Positions 20,192 through 30,662 of a stretch of 64,000 nt of DNA are shown here, piece by piece. A program made the position numbers and the translations under genes. The notes below the pieces were generated by a model. That model had not been told where the DNA came from. It did no database searches and saw nothing but the letters and a program-made list of their open reading frames with translations. Position 1 is the first letter of the stretch; each line of letters starts with the position of its first letter. The DNA comes from a virus, in the IMG/VR virus record IMGVR_UViG_3300005573_000071, positions 1 through 64,000 of that record. The stretch is one strand, 5' to 3'.

Positions 20192-20498
20192 ACACAAACA
20201 GAGCCCAAGAAGCAAGTGAGCTTAGTAGCGTTATCACGAGCATAACTAGTCCTCTGTGGAGTTGACTCCTCAGTTCCTTGACCCAATCTAAATCGGCTGT
20301 CTGTCGTTGTAATGTTAGCATTAGTTGTGTAACATTCTGACAAGAATTCTTGAACTCGGCTTCTAGAGTATTCAAGCGTTGTGTAGTCATGTTTTGTTTC
20401 TCACTCAATGTTGCTACTTGAGCTTTTTGGGATGCCACTTCATTTCTAAGCTCATCAAGTATTTCGAAGATTGTATCTATTGCTTTGTCATCTATCAT
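20157..20498 (-). CDS. Coiled-coil protein with C-terminal TM helix (XhlA-like)
   Basis: Heptad region then LVMLVITLLSSLASWALFV; AAGGAG RBS. Confidence 0.6.
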   Translation of the reverse strand: MIDDKAIDTIFEILDELRNEVASQKAQVATLSEKQNMTTQRLNTLEAEFKNSCQNVTQLMLTLQRQTADLDWVKELRSQLHRGLVMLVITLLSSLASWALFVFKLLAKKSGLE

Positions 20499-20628
20499 AC
20501 GTATTTACTCCTTTACTAATTGATTATGTATTGTCTGAATTTTTGTTATGCAGTATAGGTAGAAGACAGTGTTCGATAGAACACCGAACAAATTTGAGAT
20601 ATAGAGATAAAAATAGGGAGGTAGAAGA

Positions 20629-21609
20629 ATGGATTACGCGCAAATGTTACACGATGTATCTCGTGTTCTTAATGATAGATCTACTGCACAAACACATCTG
20701 GAGTTAATTCAGCGTATAGGTGGAGGAGACACAAAAGCCGTTCTGTCTTTGTTGCCTATGGAGTTTAAGGATGACGATCAACGAAGGAGATTTCTTCAGG
20801 TTGTAAATAATATCTATGTTCGTGCACGTAGAAATGCAGAGCAACTCTATCATACCTCTTTAGCTGAAGTACAGATTTATCAAGAGATAGAGCAAATTTG
20901 GACTGAAGATGATGAGCTTGATGGTCTACTAAACCGTATGTCGTCTCAGAGTCAACTCAATCTTCTTACACACGAGTTGATTTCTCGTGTAGGGGAAAAG
21001 GAGGCGCAAAAGATACTTCGGAAGATGGGTGGTATGCCAGAGGAAAAGAAGATACAACAACTTAAAAGATTAGTAGATAAGTTTAGTGGAAAAAGTAGTA
21101 CGTCTTCATCGCAGGAATCTAAAGAAAAAACGACTACACAGAGTGGAACACTACCTCCACAGCCTCCTACTAGTAGTGGCACAGTTTCATCTAAAGATTA
21201 TAGTGACAAAAGAGACATAAAGGTTCCAAGAGTATCATCTAAAGTTCGTAAGTGGGTATGGGTTGGACTTATATGTGGTGTTCTAGTTGTGTTCTCTCTT
21301 CTTATTATCATTTATTATGTACGCCAAAAAAGAAGATGGGGAGACGTATATTCTCTCGACGATTTACTGCGAGATCTTTGGAGAATGTTTAAATCTGCAC
21401 TTAGATCTTTTGTTGACGAACTTATGCGTGCTCTCGTAAAAGTTCTTGCGACAGTTATTGTTGTCACTATTTGTTGTATGATTGTTATCTATCTACTCCC
21501 ACCCGTAGATCAGCAGAAACTGAACTCACCTGTAAGGTGGCTTGTCGCGAAGATACAATCTCTCCTAACAAAGAGTAGTATAGAAGCTGTTACAACACAA
21601 AATACGTAA
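20629..21609 (+). CDS. Membrane protein, two C-terminal TM helices, probable late/virion protein
   Basis: GGGAGG RBS, GAACA at 20586; S/T/P linker; two hydrophobic spans. Confidence 0.6.
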   Translation: MDYAQMLHDVSRVLNDRSTAQTHLELIQRIGGGDTKAVLSLLPMEFKDDDQRRRFLQVVNNIYVRARRNAEQLYHTSLAEVQIYQEIEQIWTEDDELDGLLNRMSSQSQLNLLTHELISRVGEKEAQKILRKMGGMPEEKKIQQLKRLVDKFSGKSSTSSSQESKEKTTTQSGTLPPQPPTSSGTVSSKDYSDKRDIKVPRVSSKVRKWVWVGLICGVLVVFSLLIIIYYVRQKRRWGDVYSLDDLLRDLWRMFKSALRSFVDELMRALVKVLATVIVVTICCMIVIYLLPPVDQQKLNSPVRWLVAKIQSLLTKSSIEAVTTQNT

Positions 21610-21614
21610 GATAT

Positions 21615-22166
21615 ATGCTCGATAGGATACGAGCGTGCAGATCTGTAGTATCCCAACCTCTATTCACACGTTATTGTATAAACACTCGTGTAAATTTATC
21701 TTGTTTAGAGGACTTCGTTCTAGACACAGTAGTCGATGATGATTGGCTACGTACGAGTTTAGATCCTAAATTCTTTAATTATATCGAGAAGCGTGAAGCT
21801 CTTAAAGCTGTTTTCTATATAGCTGCGAGATCAAAAGATAGAGAGACTATCGAAGAGTGTATGTTGTTGTATAATTCCGTTCTTTATTTTTACTTATTCT
21901 ACAAGTACTTTCCTAAGTGTGACTCATACACTTTAGATGCCGTATATCGTTTATTGCGTAAGGATGCGTTACTCTCTCGGTTTAACTCACATTACCGAGT
22001 TGTTAAGTATGCTGTAGAAAGTCAGTTAGCAACACCTCTAGCAACGGACTTCTGTAACGATTTATATAAGAGATTTGTCAGAGTTAAGAATACGTTGAAT
22101 CAAGCACTACGTAGTTTAGCTGTAGCATATTATCGTGTGCGTAAAAGTGAGCATAGTATTTTATAA
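21615..22166 (+). CDS. Hypothetical alpha-helical protein
   Basis: 183-aa ORF closely following 20629-21609. Confidence 0.6.
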   Translation: MLDRIRACRSVVSQPLFTRYCINTRVNLSCLEDFVLDTVVDDDWLRTSLDPKFFNYIEKREALKAVFYIAARSKDRETIEECMLLYNSVLYFYLFYKYFPKCDSYTLDAVYRLLRKDALLSRFNSHYRVVKYAVESQLATPLATDFCNDLYKRFVRVKNTLNQALRSLAVAYYRVRKSEHSIL

Positions 22167-22205
22167 GCTCTTAAAAAAGAAGAAAATAGGAAGGAGGGTA
22201 AGAGT

Positions 22206-22667
22206 ATGGACAAAACTCGTCTATTTATTGATGAGTCAAAAGCAATCATTGTAGAGAAAGGTTGGGACATTGACCTGGATTGGCTTACACCTGAAGCTCT
22301 ACATGTACCTTATGTAGATTCGTTTATAGCTGCATTCACTAAACTTTGTAACGAGCAGACAGAATTGACTCAGGAGAACGCATCTAGACTATTTGATGTA
22401 CTTAAGTGCTTTATAGATGATATTAGAGTTTGTAAATACAAAGAACTGCTCTCAATGAGATACGACCCACAACTCTATATGACGGATGACGAACTGAAGT
22501 TTGCTTTATCTGATGTCCTTGATAAGAAGCTTAGAGAAGCTATTGGTGCATCCCAACAAGAAGATGATATGGGTATGGAAGGCTTGATGAAGATGTTTAT
22601 GGCAATGCAACAGCCTAAATTACATCAGTACGCAAAAAAGAAGAAGGCGAAAGTCGCTCGGAAGTAA
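22206..22667 (+). CDS. Hypothetical protein
   Basis: AGGAGG RBS; basic C-terminal tail. Confidence 0.65.
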   Translation: MDKTRLFIDESKAIIVEKGWDIDLDWLTPEALHVPYVDSFIAAFTKLCNEQTELTQENASRLFDVLKCFIDDIRVCKYKELLSMRYDPQLYMTDDELKFALSDVLDKKLREAIGASQQEDDMGMEGLMKMFMAMQQPKLHQYAKKKKAKVARK

Positions 22668-22680
22668 GTCTCTCAGTGCC

Positions 22681-22702
22681 GTTTGTTCCTATCGGAACAA
22701 AC
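22681..22702. promoter_or_regulatory. 9-bp inverted repeat carrying GAACA on both strands, upstream of RNAP-1 operon
   Basis: GTTTGTTCC-TATC-GGAACAAAC. Confidence 0.6.
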
Positions 22703-22723
22703 TAAAGTAAGAGGAGGTCATAA

Positions 22724-23056
22724 ATGTATGGTAAAATAAAGGATCACATAACGTGTGCATTCTGTGCGAAATATAAAGGCGTGTGCGTACCTATTACATA
22801 CGAAGATGATCGTTATTATCGTCTTTCGTTTCCTGATGGTACGTCATTGTATCTTTTGAAAGAAAATGTGGAGCTAGTACGTCCTCCGAGCGTACGTTCA
22901 AAGTTAGGAGAGCAAATTTCTGTAACGGATCGTATTGACATAAAAGAGGAACACGTTGACAAACCACAGAGTTCTAGAGTTAGAGAAAAGAGTTCTGAGC
23001 CAAAAGTAGACGTTAGTGTCGAGGAGGGTAAGAATGATTCTTCCTCAGAAAGCTAA
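22724..23056 (+). CDS. Small protein, CxxC plus SH3-like N-terminus, disordered tail
   Basis: GAGGAGG RBS; first gene of RNAP-1 operon. Confidence 0.6.
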   Translation: MYGKIKDHITCAFCAKYKGVCVPITYEDDRYYRLSFPDGTSLYLLKENVELVRPPSVRSKLGEQISVTDRIDIKEEHVDKPQSSRVREKSSEPKVDVSVEEGKNDSSSES

Positions 23057-23507
23057 TTTGTTAAGTATTTACAATACATTAGAGCCTTTAGATACGCTTA
23101 TATCTCGTAACGATATCATTCTAAAGTCACTTATATTGACTAAGGGTGATTACACATTAAGTGGAGCTCGCTTCTCGTATAGAACAATTCCGGAGCTTAG
23201 AGATGTGAAGTGTGCGGAGGCAACAATCAATTTAGTTAGAGTTCAAATTCCTGTTGACTTGAACGTTTTGTGTGTATACGATAATACGTTCTTCTGGAAG
23301 CAAGCTCTTAACTTAACAGAGGGAGATTACGTGTTTGGTATTACAAATAGTGTAGTACATTCGTTTCCTGTACAAAATGTGGGGTTTGTGACTCTGGCAG
23401 ATTCTCAGGTTGAACTAACAAATACTGAATCGGACTCCACAATAGTGTTTATAGGATCTTATTTGGCAAACCTATCTCAGCGATATGTTGCAGTTGCCAT
23501 TAGATGA
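23034..23507 (+). CDS. Stand-alone Hint (intein-like) fold protein, probably non-splicing
   Basis: GAGGAGG RBS before ATG 23034; ILPQKANLLS..TLEPLDTLI..NDIIL (block A-like), WKQALNLTEGDYV, FIGSYLAN (block G-like). Confidence 0.5.
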   Translation: MILPQKANLLSIYNTLEPLDTLISRNDIILKSLILTKGDYTLSGARFSYRTIPELRDVKCAEATINLVRVQIPVDLNVLCVYDNTFFWKQALNLTEGDYVFGITNSVVHSFPVQNVGFVTLADSQVELTNTESDSTIVFIGSYLANLSQRYVAVAIR

Positions 23508-26431
23508 AACTATCTATCATCGATATTGATGCGTATGCATCTCAACTCACGGAAATCAAGCATGCAAGAGTTTTTGCACGTCCACTAATTTTAGATCCAG
23601 ACGGGTTACATTCTCCGTCAATTTACGCTACAGATCAAGATAGACGTACTAAGGTCTGCTTCTTTGATTTAGGCAGACCTTATGTGCATCCGTTCATTCT
23701 TTATGTTGCTCGTCGTAGATCGAAAGTACTATATGAAGGTATTCTAGGCAAGACGCCTCTATCGATTTCTGGTAAGACGTTAGTAAGTGACTTCGAGAAC
23801 GGACTACGTGGAACAGAACTTGTACGTGCTATCTTTGAGAAGCGTAGAGAGCTAGACATCTCTCCTACTTTAGTGAGGACTTTAGAGGGCGTAACATCCG
23901 TTAATACATTGCTTCCGACTAAAGTGCTTATAATACCGCCAGTCTTTCGACCTATAGCTCTTATAGGGGAGAATGAAGAGCAACATATTCATCCACTAGA
24001 TTTACTGTATTCACAATTAGAGAGTATAAGGGATGCAACAGAAGAAGTTCTTCATTCTCTAATGGATAAGATTGTTGTTTCTACAGTAGAAGCATTAAGA
24101 GGTAAAAGCGGAATTCTTAGGAGTACGTTACTTACACGTAGATTGGATTTTACAGCGAGATTGGTTATAACTGTTGATCCTACTTTACCTATAGATTATG
24201 CTCGACTTCCTTATCCCGTTCTTGCATTGTTGTTTGCTCCGTTCTTAGTTCGAGCACTCTTAGTTCCGCCTATGGAGTTGAAGCGAGCATTACAAGACGT
24301 AGGTATTTCTCTTAAGACTCCGGCACAAGCTGTCGCTCTAGTAGAAGCTTTCTATAGACGTAAATTACCTGCGAAAGTAACTTCTGCACTTACTTATTTC
24401 GTAGATTTTGTTGTGAAGGATAAAGTGATTATAGCAAAACGAGATCCTGTATTACATTGGGGCGGTGTGTTTGCATTTCGTCCTATTGGTTTCACATCTT
24501 CTACAGGTACTGAAGTTTATACGATGGCGATCTCTCCTTACATTACTACACCTATTGGTGGAGACTTCGATGGAGATACTATGGCAGTATTCGTACCACA
24601 TACTATTGAAGCACAAAGAGAGGCACAGCACTTACTTCCTTCTCGGAATAGATTTAACGTTAGTATAAATAAATGTCATTTCACTCCAAAGTTAGATTAC
24701 TTGCTTGCTCTATATATCTTAACGACGTCTGAGTTATCCGTTCTTCGTTCGCCGTTGCCAACAACTTCTCTTACTTTGAAGTATCCCAAACAGGAGCAAC
24801 CAACATCTCTTAGCAATGAGCTCAAAGATATTTCGTATCAAACTCCTGTATACGTGAGTTTGGTAAACAGTGGTAAAGTAGTTAGGTCTACTTACGGAAA
24901 ATATCTATTCAATTTATGTCATAATACAAATGAGTATTTCAACGAAACGATTACGAAGAAGAACTATTCTGAGATCTTTGATAAAATTGCTCGTATACTG
25001 AACGATCGTGCATTCTCCACTTTTCTGCAGAATTTGAATACTCTAGTGACGGAAGTTCTTAAGCGTTATCCGTTGAGTTTTATTTTGGAGAAGTGTGCTC
25101 CTCCAGACGAATTATTCTCTCCACTCAAGAAGGCGAAAGACGATCAACAGTTTGCTAAACTAGTGAAAGAAGCTACCACAAACTATATGAAGCATCTCAA
25201 GAAGAGTGATCCTTCTCTCTCGATCTATCTTGAGAGTGGAGCACGAGGTAGTGAGGACACACTAAGACAATTGTTTGTAGCTAGAGGCTATGTTGAAGAT
25301 GTACATGGTGCTATATCTGCTGTCGTTAGAGGCAACTACTTCGCAGGTCTTTCTGCGGAAGATATCTATAACTCTGCTCCAGGATGGCGTAAAGGTATCA
25401 TTGATAAGTCTATTGGTGTATCTAGCTCAGGTTATCTCACTCGTAAATTGATATATCTTTTAGAGAGTGTGACTTTAGGAGGTAGAGATTGCAGAACTAC
25501 TTCTGGTTTATCTTTGGATGTTTCACAAGTTGATAAGAGAAGTTTGTATGGCCGCCGTTTGATGGATAAGACAGTCATTACATCCGAGACGAATTTATCA
25601 GGTACGGTCGTGTTGCGATCTCCGTTTTATTGTGTAGATCCTAAAGGCATTTGTGAAGTTTGTTATGGAGAAGCAGTGGCTAGAGCAACCGCGATCGGAT
25701 TACTAGCAGCACAGACATTAGGAGAGCGAAGCACACAGCTTACGTTCAAGGCATGGCATAGTGGTGGTGTGAAAGGTACTGCAGAAGTAGTTGAGTTACC
25801 TCCGCCATTCAGAGTTGATAAAGGTGTAGTTTACGCAACTAAATCCTTCTCTTTAGTTGTAGATATAGATGATGAAAATACTAAAGCAACTGCTGTAGGT
25901 GTTATTTTGTATCCACAAGTTCTTAATCTCGTTGTCGAGAAAGGTAAGAGTAAGAAAGTAGATCTACCCACTACTCTACAACTCTCAACTCATATACCAA
26001 AGATTGTTGAGTCTGCTACACGTATCATCTACACGTTCAGGAAAGATGATATCGTAGGTAGTTTGTTGGGTTATGCTAGTGGTGTAATAAGTGTAGTCGA
26101 TCGGATTCACAAGCTTTTGGATACTCCATTAGAGTCTGCAACCGAACTCTTGTTTGAGTTATATAATATGTATAGAAGTGTAGCTATCTTACCGTTAGTT
26201 CATTTTGAGATCGTCACTATGGCATTAACTCGTTCTTCACGTGATCCAAATCTTGCATGGAGACTTGACCAGACGAGTAAGCCTGTAGTCGTGCCATTTA
26301 AGAAAGCTATACTATACAATTCTCCACTTGTTGCATTTCTCTTCTCTGATCCAGGGACTGGACTGCTCCAAATGGTAGATAAAGAGATTGATATTCATAA
26401 ACAAGGTGTGTTAGGGAGATCTGTGCTATGA
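23504..26431 (+). CDS. rpoC: Multisubunit RNA polymerase beta' subunit, copy 1 (putative virion RNAP)
   Basis: GKSGILRS.LL.RRLDFTAR, KRDPVLH, catalytic GGDFDGD, SGARGS, SGYLTRKL, GERSTQLTFKAWH; N-terminal Zn-finger cysteines absent. Confidence 0.93.
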   Translation: MKLSIIDIDAYASQLTEIKHARVFARPLILDPDGLHSPSIYATDQDRRTKVCFFDLGRPYVHPFILYVARRRSKVLYEGILGKTPLSISGKTLVSDFENGLRGTELVRAIFEKRRELDISPTLVRTLEGVTSVNTLLPTKVLIIPPVFRPIALIGENEEQHIHPLDLLYSQLESIRDATEEVLHSLMDKIVVSTVEALRGKSGILRSTLLTRRLDFTARLVITVDPTLPIDYARLPYPVLALLFAPFLVRALLVPPMELKRALQDVGISLKTPAQAVALVEAFYRRKLPAKVTSALTYFVDFVVKDKVIIAKRDPVLHWGGVFAFRPIGFTSSTGTEVYTMAISPYITTPIGGDFDGDTMAVFVPHTIEAQREAQHLLPSRNRFNVSINKCHFTPKLDYLLALYILTTSELSVLRSPLPTTSLTLKYPKQEQPTSLSNELKDISYQTPVYVSLVNSGKVVRSTYGKYLFNLCHNTNEYFNETITKKNYSEIFDKIARILNDRAFSTFLQNLNTLVTEVLKRYPLSFILEKCAPPDELFSPLKKAKDDQQFAKLVKEATTNYMKHLKKSDPSLSIYLESGARGSEDTLRQLFVARGYVEDVHGAISAVVRGNYFAGLSAEDIYNSAPGWRKGIIDKSIGVSSSGYLTRKLIYLLESVTLGGRDCRTTSGLSLDVSQVDKRSLYGRRLMDKTVITSETNLSGTVVLRSPFYCVDPKGICEVCYGEAVARATAIGLLAAQTLGERSTQLTFKAWHSGGVKGTAEVVELPPPFRVDKGVVYATKSFSLVVDIDDENTKATAVGVILYPQVLNLVVEKGKSKKVDLPTTLQLSTHIPKIVESATRIIYTFRKDDIVGSLLGYASGVISVVDRIHKLLDTPLESATELLFELYNMYRSVAILPLVHFEIVTMALTRSSRDPNLAWRLDQTSKPVVVPFKKAILYNSPLVAFLFSDPGTGLLQMVDKEIDIHKQGVLGRSVL

Positions 26432-29400
26432 GATTATCATCGTTACGATTAGGAATGATTGCAAATAATATCTATGTAGATCCATACGATAATATGTTGA
26501 TCGTTCTCTCTGACATAGATATGCCACCAATCTCTGATCTTGCGCCACACTTTCGGTTTGCTAAGTTGTTGTATGCTCCTTCTGTCGTCACATTAAATCG
26601 TACATGGCCACTTCGTGTTCCTTCTGTTAGTAAGCTGCGTGTAGTTCGAAATCTGAACACGTTGAATTCTACAAAATTGAGCGCAATATTTGATCTGCAG
26701 CCTGTTCTTAAACAAGCTGTCGCATTCTATGGAGATAACTTTATACGATCTCCGTATAAAACTTTTGCTCATACGTTGCTTCGTTACAGTAGAGAGTTTA
26801 GACGTCCGTATCGTTGGTTCGTATTTCTCACGGATACGAAAAAATGGAACGAGATGAATGTGAATCTTACGACACTACGTAGAAGCGTTCTCTATCTTTG
26901 CACTTACTTATTAGGCGTTGATGTAGAGAGTGAAGACGAGAGTTTGAGCGAAGTAAGTGTGAAAGGTATAGAAGGTATGCTTGTGGGTGTCTATGATCAA
27001 GCATCTAATAAGATCACGTTTTTCTGTGTTTATAGACATAATAGAAGTGTGTTTCCGCGTGTGCCTACATTTATCAGAAATGTTATCCATGGAGAACACG
27101 CTCCAGAAGAACTTGCTACGTCTTCACCTTCATCTCCACCAAAAACGGAGTCTGTAAGTGTTGCAACTCGTAAGTTCTCGAACTTACCGATAAGTAAGAA
27201 AGCCGTAGTTGATTCGATAGTAAAAGACGCCATTGATGTTGTTGGTGACTTTCTTGAGGAGCCTAGTACGACATCTCGAGTAAAAGATACTGTGGTAGGG
27301 AAAGCTCTTACGTGGGCACTCACAGGTAAGAAAAGAGAGATAACTCCGCAAGAAACGAAAGAACTCGTTTCTTTTGTTGCTAAACTAGATACGCCTACGT
27401 TAAAACTTGTGAAAGCGAGGACTGAACTATCAACACGTATATCTAACACGTTCGGTCCTCCTGTTACTGTAGGCGTCTTGACGAGGAAGGATAGCCACCT
27501 TAAAGCTGCTCTCGAATCTTTTCGACTGCCAAAAGGTATTGGTTGGGTAGTAGAAGATATCTCTGTGAAGCCTTATACATCTACTACAGAAGTTGCACGA
27601 TCTACATTAGATTTAGGCACAATCATCTTCAAAAACGAAGAGACGAATCAACGAGTAGCTGTGGAGCTCTTCATTCCTCGTATAGACAAAGACGGCTTCT
27701 TCTATTATAACGGAAACAAATATGTTTTTAGACATGTGCTTATACCTAAAACAATAACTGCACCTAGACTACTCACAGCAAAGTTTAACAATACTGTTAC
27801 TTTCTTCGAGATCTATCTAAGACGTATTCAGTCTCATACTACATTCTACCTAAACATGCTAGGTAACAGACTACCGTTGATTCAAGTTTTACTTGCATTA
27901 TTTCCGTTACGAGATATATTGAATACGTTCGGTATAAAACACTTACTCGCAGAACGTGAGTTAAAGATAGGAAAAGATACACTAATCATAGATTCTGCGT
28001 TATGTGAGTTTCTGTTCAACGGGCTTGAGATCGGTGGGAAGACTCCTAAAACACTAGATCAGGGTGAATGGTCTCAGTTCTTGGTGTCTAAGACACGTGA
28101 CACGAGTATCTTACGGAAGCTTGCTAGAGAGTTCAGTTTGATATTCGACAACGTGTTTGCGTTTGAAGCTAAATCTCTGGATCTATCAACACCTCTAGAT
28201 GTTGTGAAGTATATGTGCGAGCTTGCTATAAGTGGTGAAATGACGTCATCAACTGAGTTAAGCAACTATCGTATACGTACGTCGGGTCTAGACGAAGCTT
28301 TGATTCGTATGTTAGCTAGATTCTTTGCTAGTATGCCTTCTATAGAAAAGTTGCCCACTAGTAGATTTGCATTGATTAGATATCTATTACGTGAAGGCTG
28401 GTTGATGTCTGCTTCTGAAGGTAATCCGTTGGAGCTCCTTAGAGATTTATGCAGTGTAACAAACGTAAGTGTGGGAAGTTTTGCGACACCTATGGTAAGG
28501 AGTTTCCATCCGTCTTATAGAGGTGTTCTAGATCCCGTTGATACACCTAGTGGTGATACTATCGGCGTAGTTCAGCGATTAACGCTTACGAGTAGGATTA
28601 CGCCCACACTTGAACTAGACACAACTACTACATCTTATCCTTTTAGTTGGGCTGTATCAACTGTTCCTTTTGCAAGATTTAACGATGGTAATAGATTGCA
28701 GATGGCCGCAAACCACGTTCGACAAGCTGTACCATTGACGTATGCTGAACCACCATACGTAATTACAGGCATCGAGAGTGTAATACGAAAAGTGGCTGGA
28801 CTTGATATTCGTACAACTGTTGATGGAGTTGTTGAGAGTATTAAGCCAGAAGATGTACTCGTGATTAAAACTCCAACAAATAGAAGGTTTGAGTTCCGTC
28901 TTACACCTTTCGTTACAAGTCACAATTTCGTAGTACATTGGATGCCCACCATAAAGATTGGTACGAAAGTAAAGGCAGGAGACATAATTGCTACCGCTGA
29001 AGAACTTCATTTCAGAGATGATCTTACTCTAGGTACGAATTTGTATACTGCATTTATACCTTCATTGGACGTATTCGAAGATGCTGTAATGATTAGTGAA
29101 AGTGCAGCAGAAAGACTTACGGTTACAAAAGGTAACAAAGTTGTGCTCAAACTCCCTTCAGATAGTGTATTACTGCATGTCGCATCAGATAAGAAAATTA
29201 AGAAAGGAGATGCTCTTGTAGTTCTGGCTGGAAAAGGATTGCGTGTAGATACTTTGCTTGACGAGTTTGAGAAACAAGATGTTGTATTTGAGACGCAAGA
29301 GCGAAAAGTGTTTGTACGAGTTCCGGAAGATGTAGATGTTATGAGAGTGATGGTACATACAACTGCGAACTATCTTTCTGCAAACAAGATTCTAGCAGAT

Positions 29401-30303
29401 TATGTTAAACAGTTACCTGCAGACGACTTCACAGTACGTAATGCATTGACTTACAAAGGTGATCGTTATGGTTGTGTCATTTACTTCTACATAAAATGGA
29501 AAGCACCGATGACATTAGGAGATAAGCTAACAAATCGGCATGGTAATAAAGGTGTGGTATGTAAGATACAATCTCTACAAGAGATGCCAAGAGATGAGAA
29601 AGGAAGACCTTTTGAGCTTGTACTAAATCCATTAGGTGTTGTTGGTAGGATGAACTTAGGGCAAATGTTAGAGTTATATGCTTCGAATATCGTTCGCTAC
29701 TATAATGATTTGCTTATGAAAGAGAATTATTCTCAGAAAGCTATCACTACACTTGAGCGTATTCTTACAGCTCTGGATAAGACACCGAATAAAGCTGTTG
29801 TTGCTTATGGTCTCAGTAAAGCAAAACAGAAAGCGTTTATTCCTCTTGTAGTTCCTATGTTTAAGGAGCCCTCATGGAATGACCTACGTAGAATTGTACG
29901 TGATCTTGGAATCCCAACAACATCTCATATAGTCTGGAAAGACACACAAAGCTATACAGAAGTTCCTATTGGCTATATGTATGTATACAAGTTATATCAT
30001 GAATCGAGCTCGAAGGAGTCAGCAAGAGCAATAGGTGGATATCAGACGTTAGGTCATGCGATGCGAGGTAGATCACGAATTGGAGGACAGAAGATCGATG
30101 AGCAAATGTCTTGGACGCTATTAGGTAGAGATTTAGGTGCGATCACAAAAGAGCTGTTTGCTTATCCTGCAGATGTAGGTCCTCAGATCTTCAATAAGAT
30201 TGTTGAGAACGGCAGTGTTAGTTTAGCTGAGCTCTCGATTCCTAATAGAAACAGAGAATATCTACAATCGATTCTAGTCTCTTTAGGCGTAGAGCTGAAA
30301 TGA
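26428..30303 (+). CDS. rpoB: Multisubunit RNA polymerase beta subunit, copy 1, long N-terminal extension
   Basis: HPSYRG.LDPVDTP, NDGNRLQMAAN..RQA, FEDA, GDKLTNRHGNKG, LNPLGVVGRMN.GQ, GYMYVYKL.H, GGQK. Confidence 0.93.
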   Translation: MRLSSLRLGMIANNIYVDPYDNMLIVLSDIDMPPISDLAPHFRFAKLLYAPSVVTLNRTWPLRVPSVSKLRVVRNLNTLNSTKLSAIFDLQPVLKQAVAFYGDNFIRSPYKTFAHTLLRYSREFRRPYRWFVFLTDTKKWNEMNVNLTTLRRSVLYLCTYLLGVDVESEDESLSEVSVKGIEGMLVGVYDQASNKITFFCVYRHNRSVFPRVPTFIRNVIHGEHAPEELATSSPSSPPKTESVSVATRKFSNLPISKKAVVDSIVKDAIDVVGDFLEEPSTTSRVKDTVVGKALTWALTGKKREITPQETKELVSFVAKLDTPTLKLVKARTELSTRISNTFGPPVTVGVLTRKDSHLKAALESFRLPKGIGWVVEDISVKPYTSTTEVARSTLDLGTIIFKNEETNQRVAVELFIPRIDKDGFFYYNGNKYVFRHVLIPKTITAPRLLTAKFNNTVTFFEIYLRRIQSHTTFYLNMLGNRLPLIQVLLALFPLRDILNTFGIKHLLAERELKIGKDTLIIDSALCEFLFNGLEIGGKTPKTLDQGEWSQFLVSKTRDTSILRKLAREFSLIFDNVFAFEAKSLDLSTPLDVVKYMCELAISGEMTSSTELSNYRIRTSGLDEALIRMLARFFASMPSIEKLPTSRFALIRYLLREGWLMSASEGNPLELLRDLCSVTNVSVGSFATPMVRSFHPSYRGVLDPVDTPSGDTIGVVQRLTLTSRITPTLELDTTTTSYPFSWAVSTVPFARFNDGNRLQMAANHVRQAVPLTYAEPPYVITGIESVIRKVAGLDIRTTVDGVVESIKPEDVLVIKTPTNRRFEFRLTPFVTSHNFVVHWMPTIKIGTKVKAGDIIATAEELHFRDDLTLGTNLYTAFIPSLDVFEDAVMISESAAERLTVTKGNKVVLKLPSDSVLLHVASDKKIKKGDALVVLAGKGLRVDTLLDEFEKQDVVFETQERKVFVRVPEDVDVMRVMVHTTANYLSANKILADYVKQLPADDFTVRNALTYKGDRYGCVIYFYIKWKAPMTLGDKLTNRHGNKGVVCKIQSLQEMPRDEKGRPFELVLNPLGVVGRMNLGQMLELYASNIVRYYNDLLMKENYSQKAITTLERILTALDKTPNKAVVAYGLSKAKQKAFIPLVVPMFKEPSWNDLRRIVRDLGIPTTSHIVWKDTQSYTEVPIGYMYVYKLYHESSSKESARAIGGYQTLGHAMRGRSRIGGQKIDEQMSWTLLGRDLGAITKELFAYPADVGPQIFNKIVENGSVSLAELSIPNRNREYLQSILVSLGVELK

Positions 30304-30662
30304 TGGGAGTAGCATACAATCTCAAGCAAGTGTATGCTCTTGTGACGACTACACTTTCGTTCGTTCACGATAAAGTCTTTGCTTTCGAGGATACACAACG
30401 TGTTGATACTACGTTGACACAACCAATGAGTTATTACATAGATCGTTTTTGTGATTTATTAGGTAGCGTGGTTGAGAAGTACAATGTTCGTATGAGTGTA
30501 GCTAGTATGTTGGACTCTACATATCCTGAGCTTAGTGAGTATATAAGGTCTTTAGAGGATGTGGAGTTTATCGCCGTAATTAAGACAATAATGGAGGAGA
30601 ACATATGGCTCTTACTCTCTCCAGAAGTTCTTCGTATGTTGCTACACCTGAGTCGCTCGTAG
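30300..30662 (+). CDS. Hypothetical protein
   Basis: ATGA-coupled to RNAP beta. Confidence 0.55.
   Translation: MMGVAYNLKQVYALVTTTLSFVHDKVFAFEDTQRVDTTLTQPMSYYIDRFCDLLGSVVEKYNVRMSVASMLDSTYPELSEYIRSLEDVEFIAVIKTIMEENIWLLLSPEVLRMLLHLSRS

Noticed and set aside
30605-30662. Frameshift joining ORFs 30300 and 30605
   Set aside because: ORF 30605 has its own GGAGGA RBS, so a real overlap is more likely
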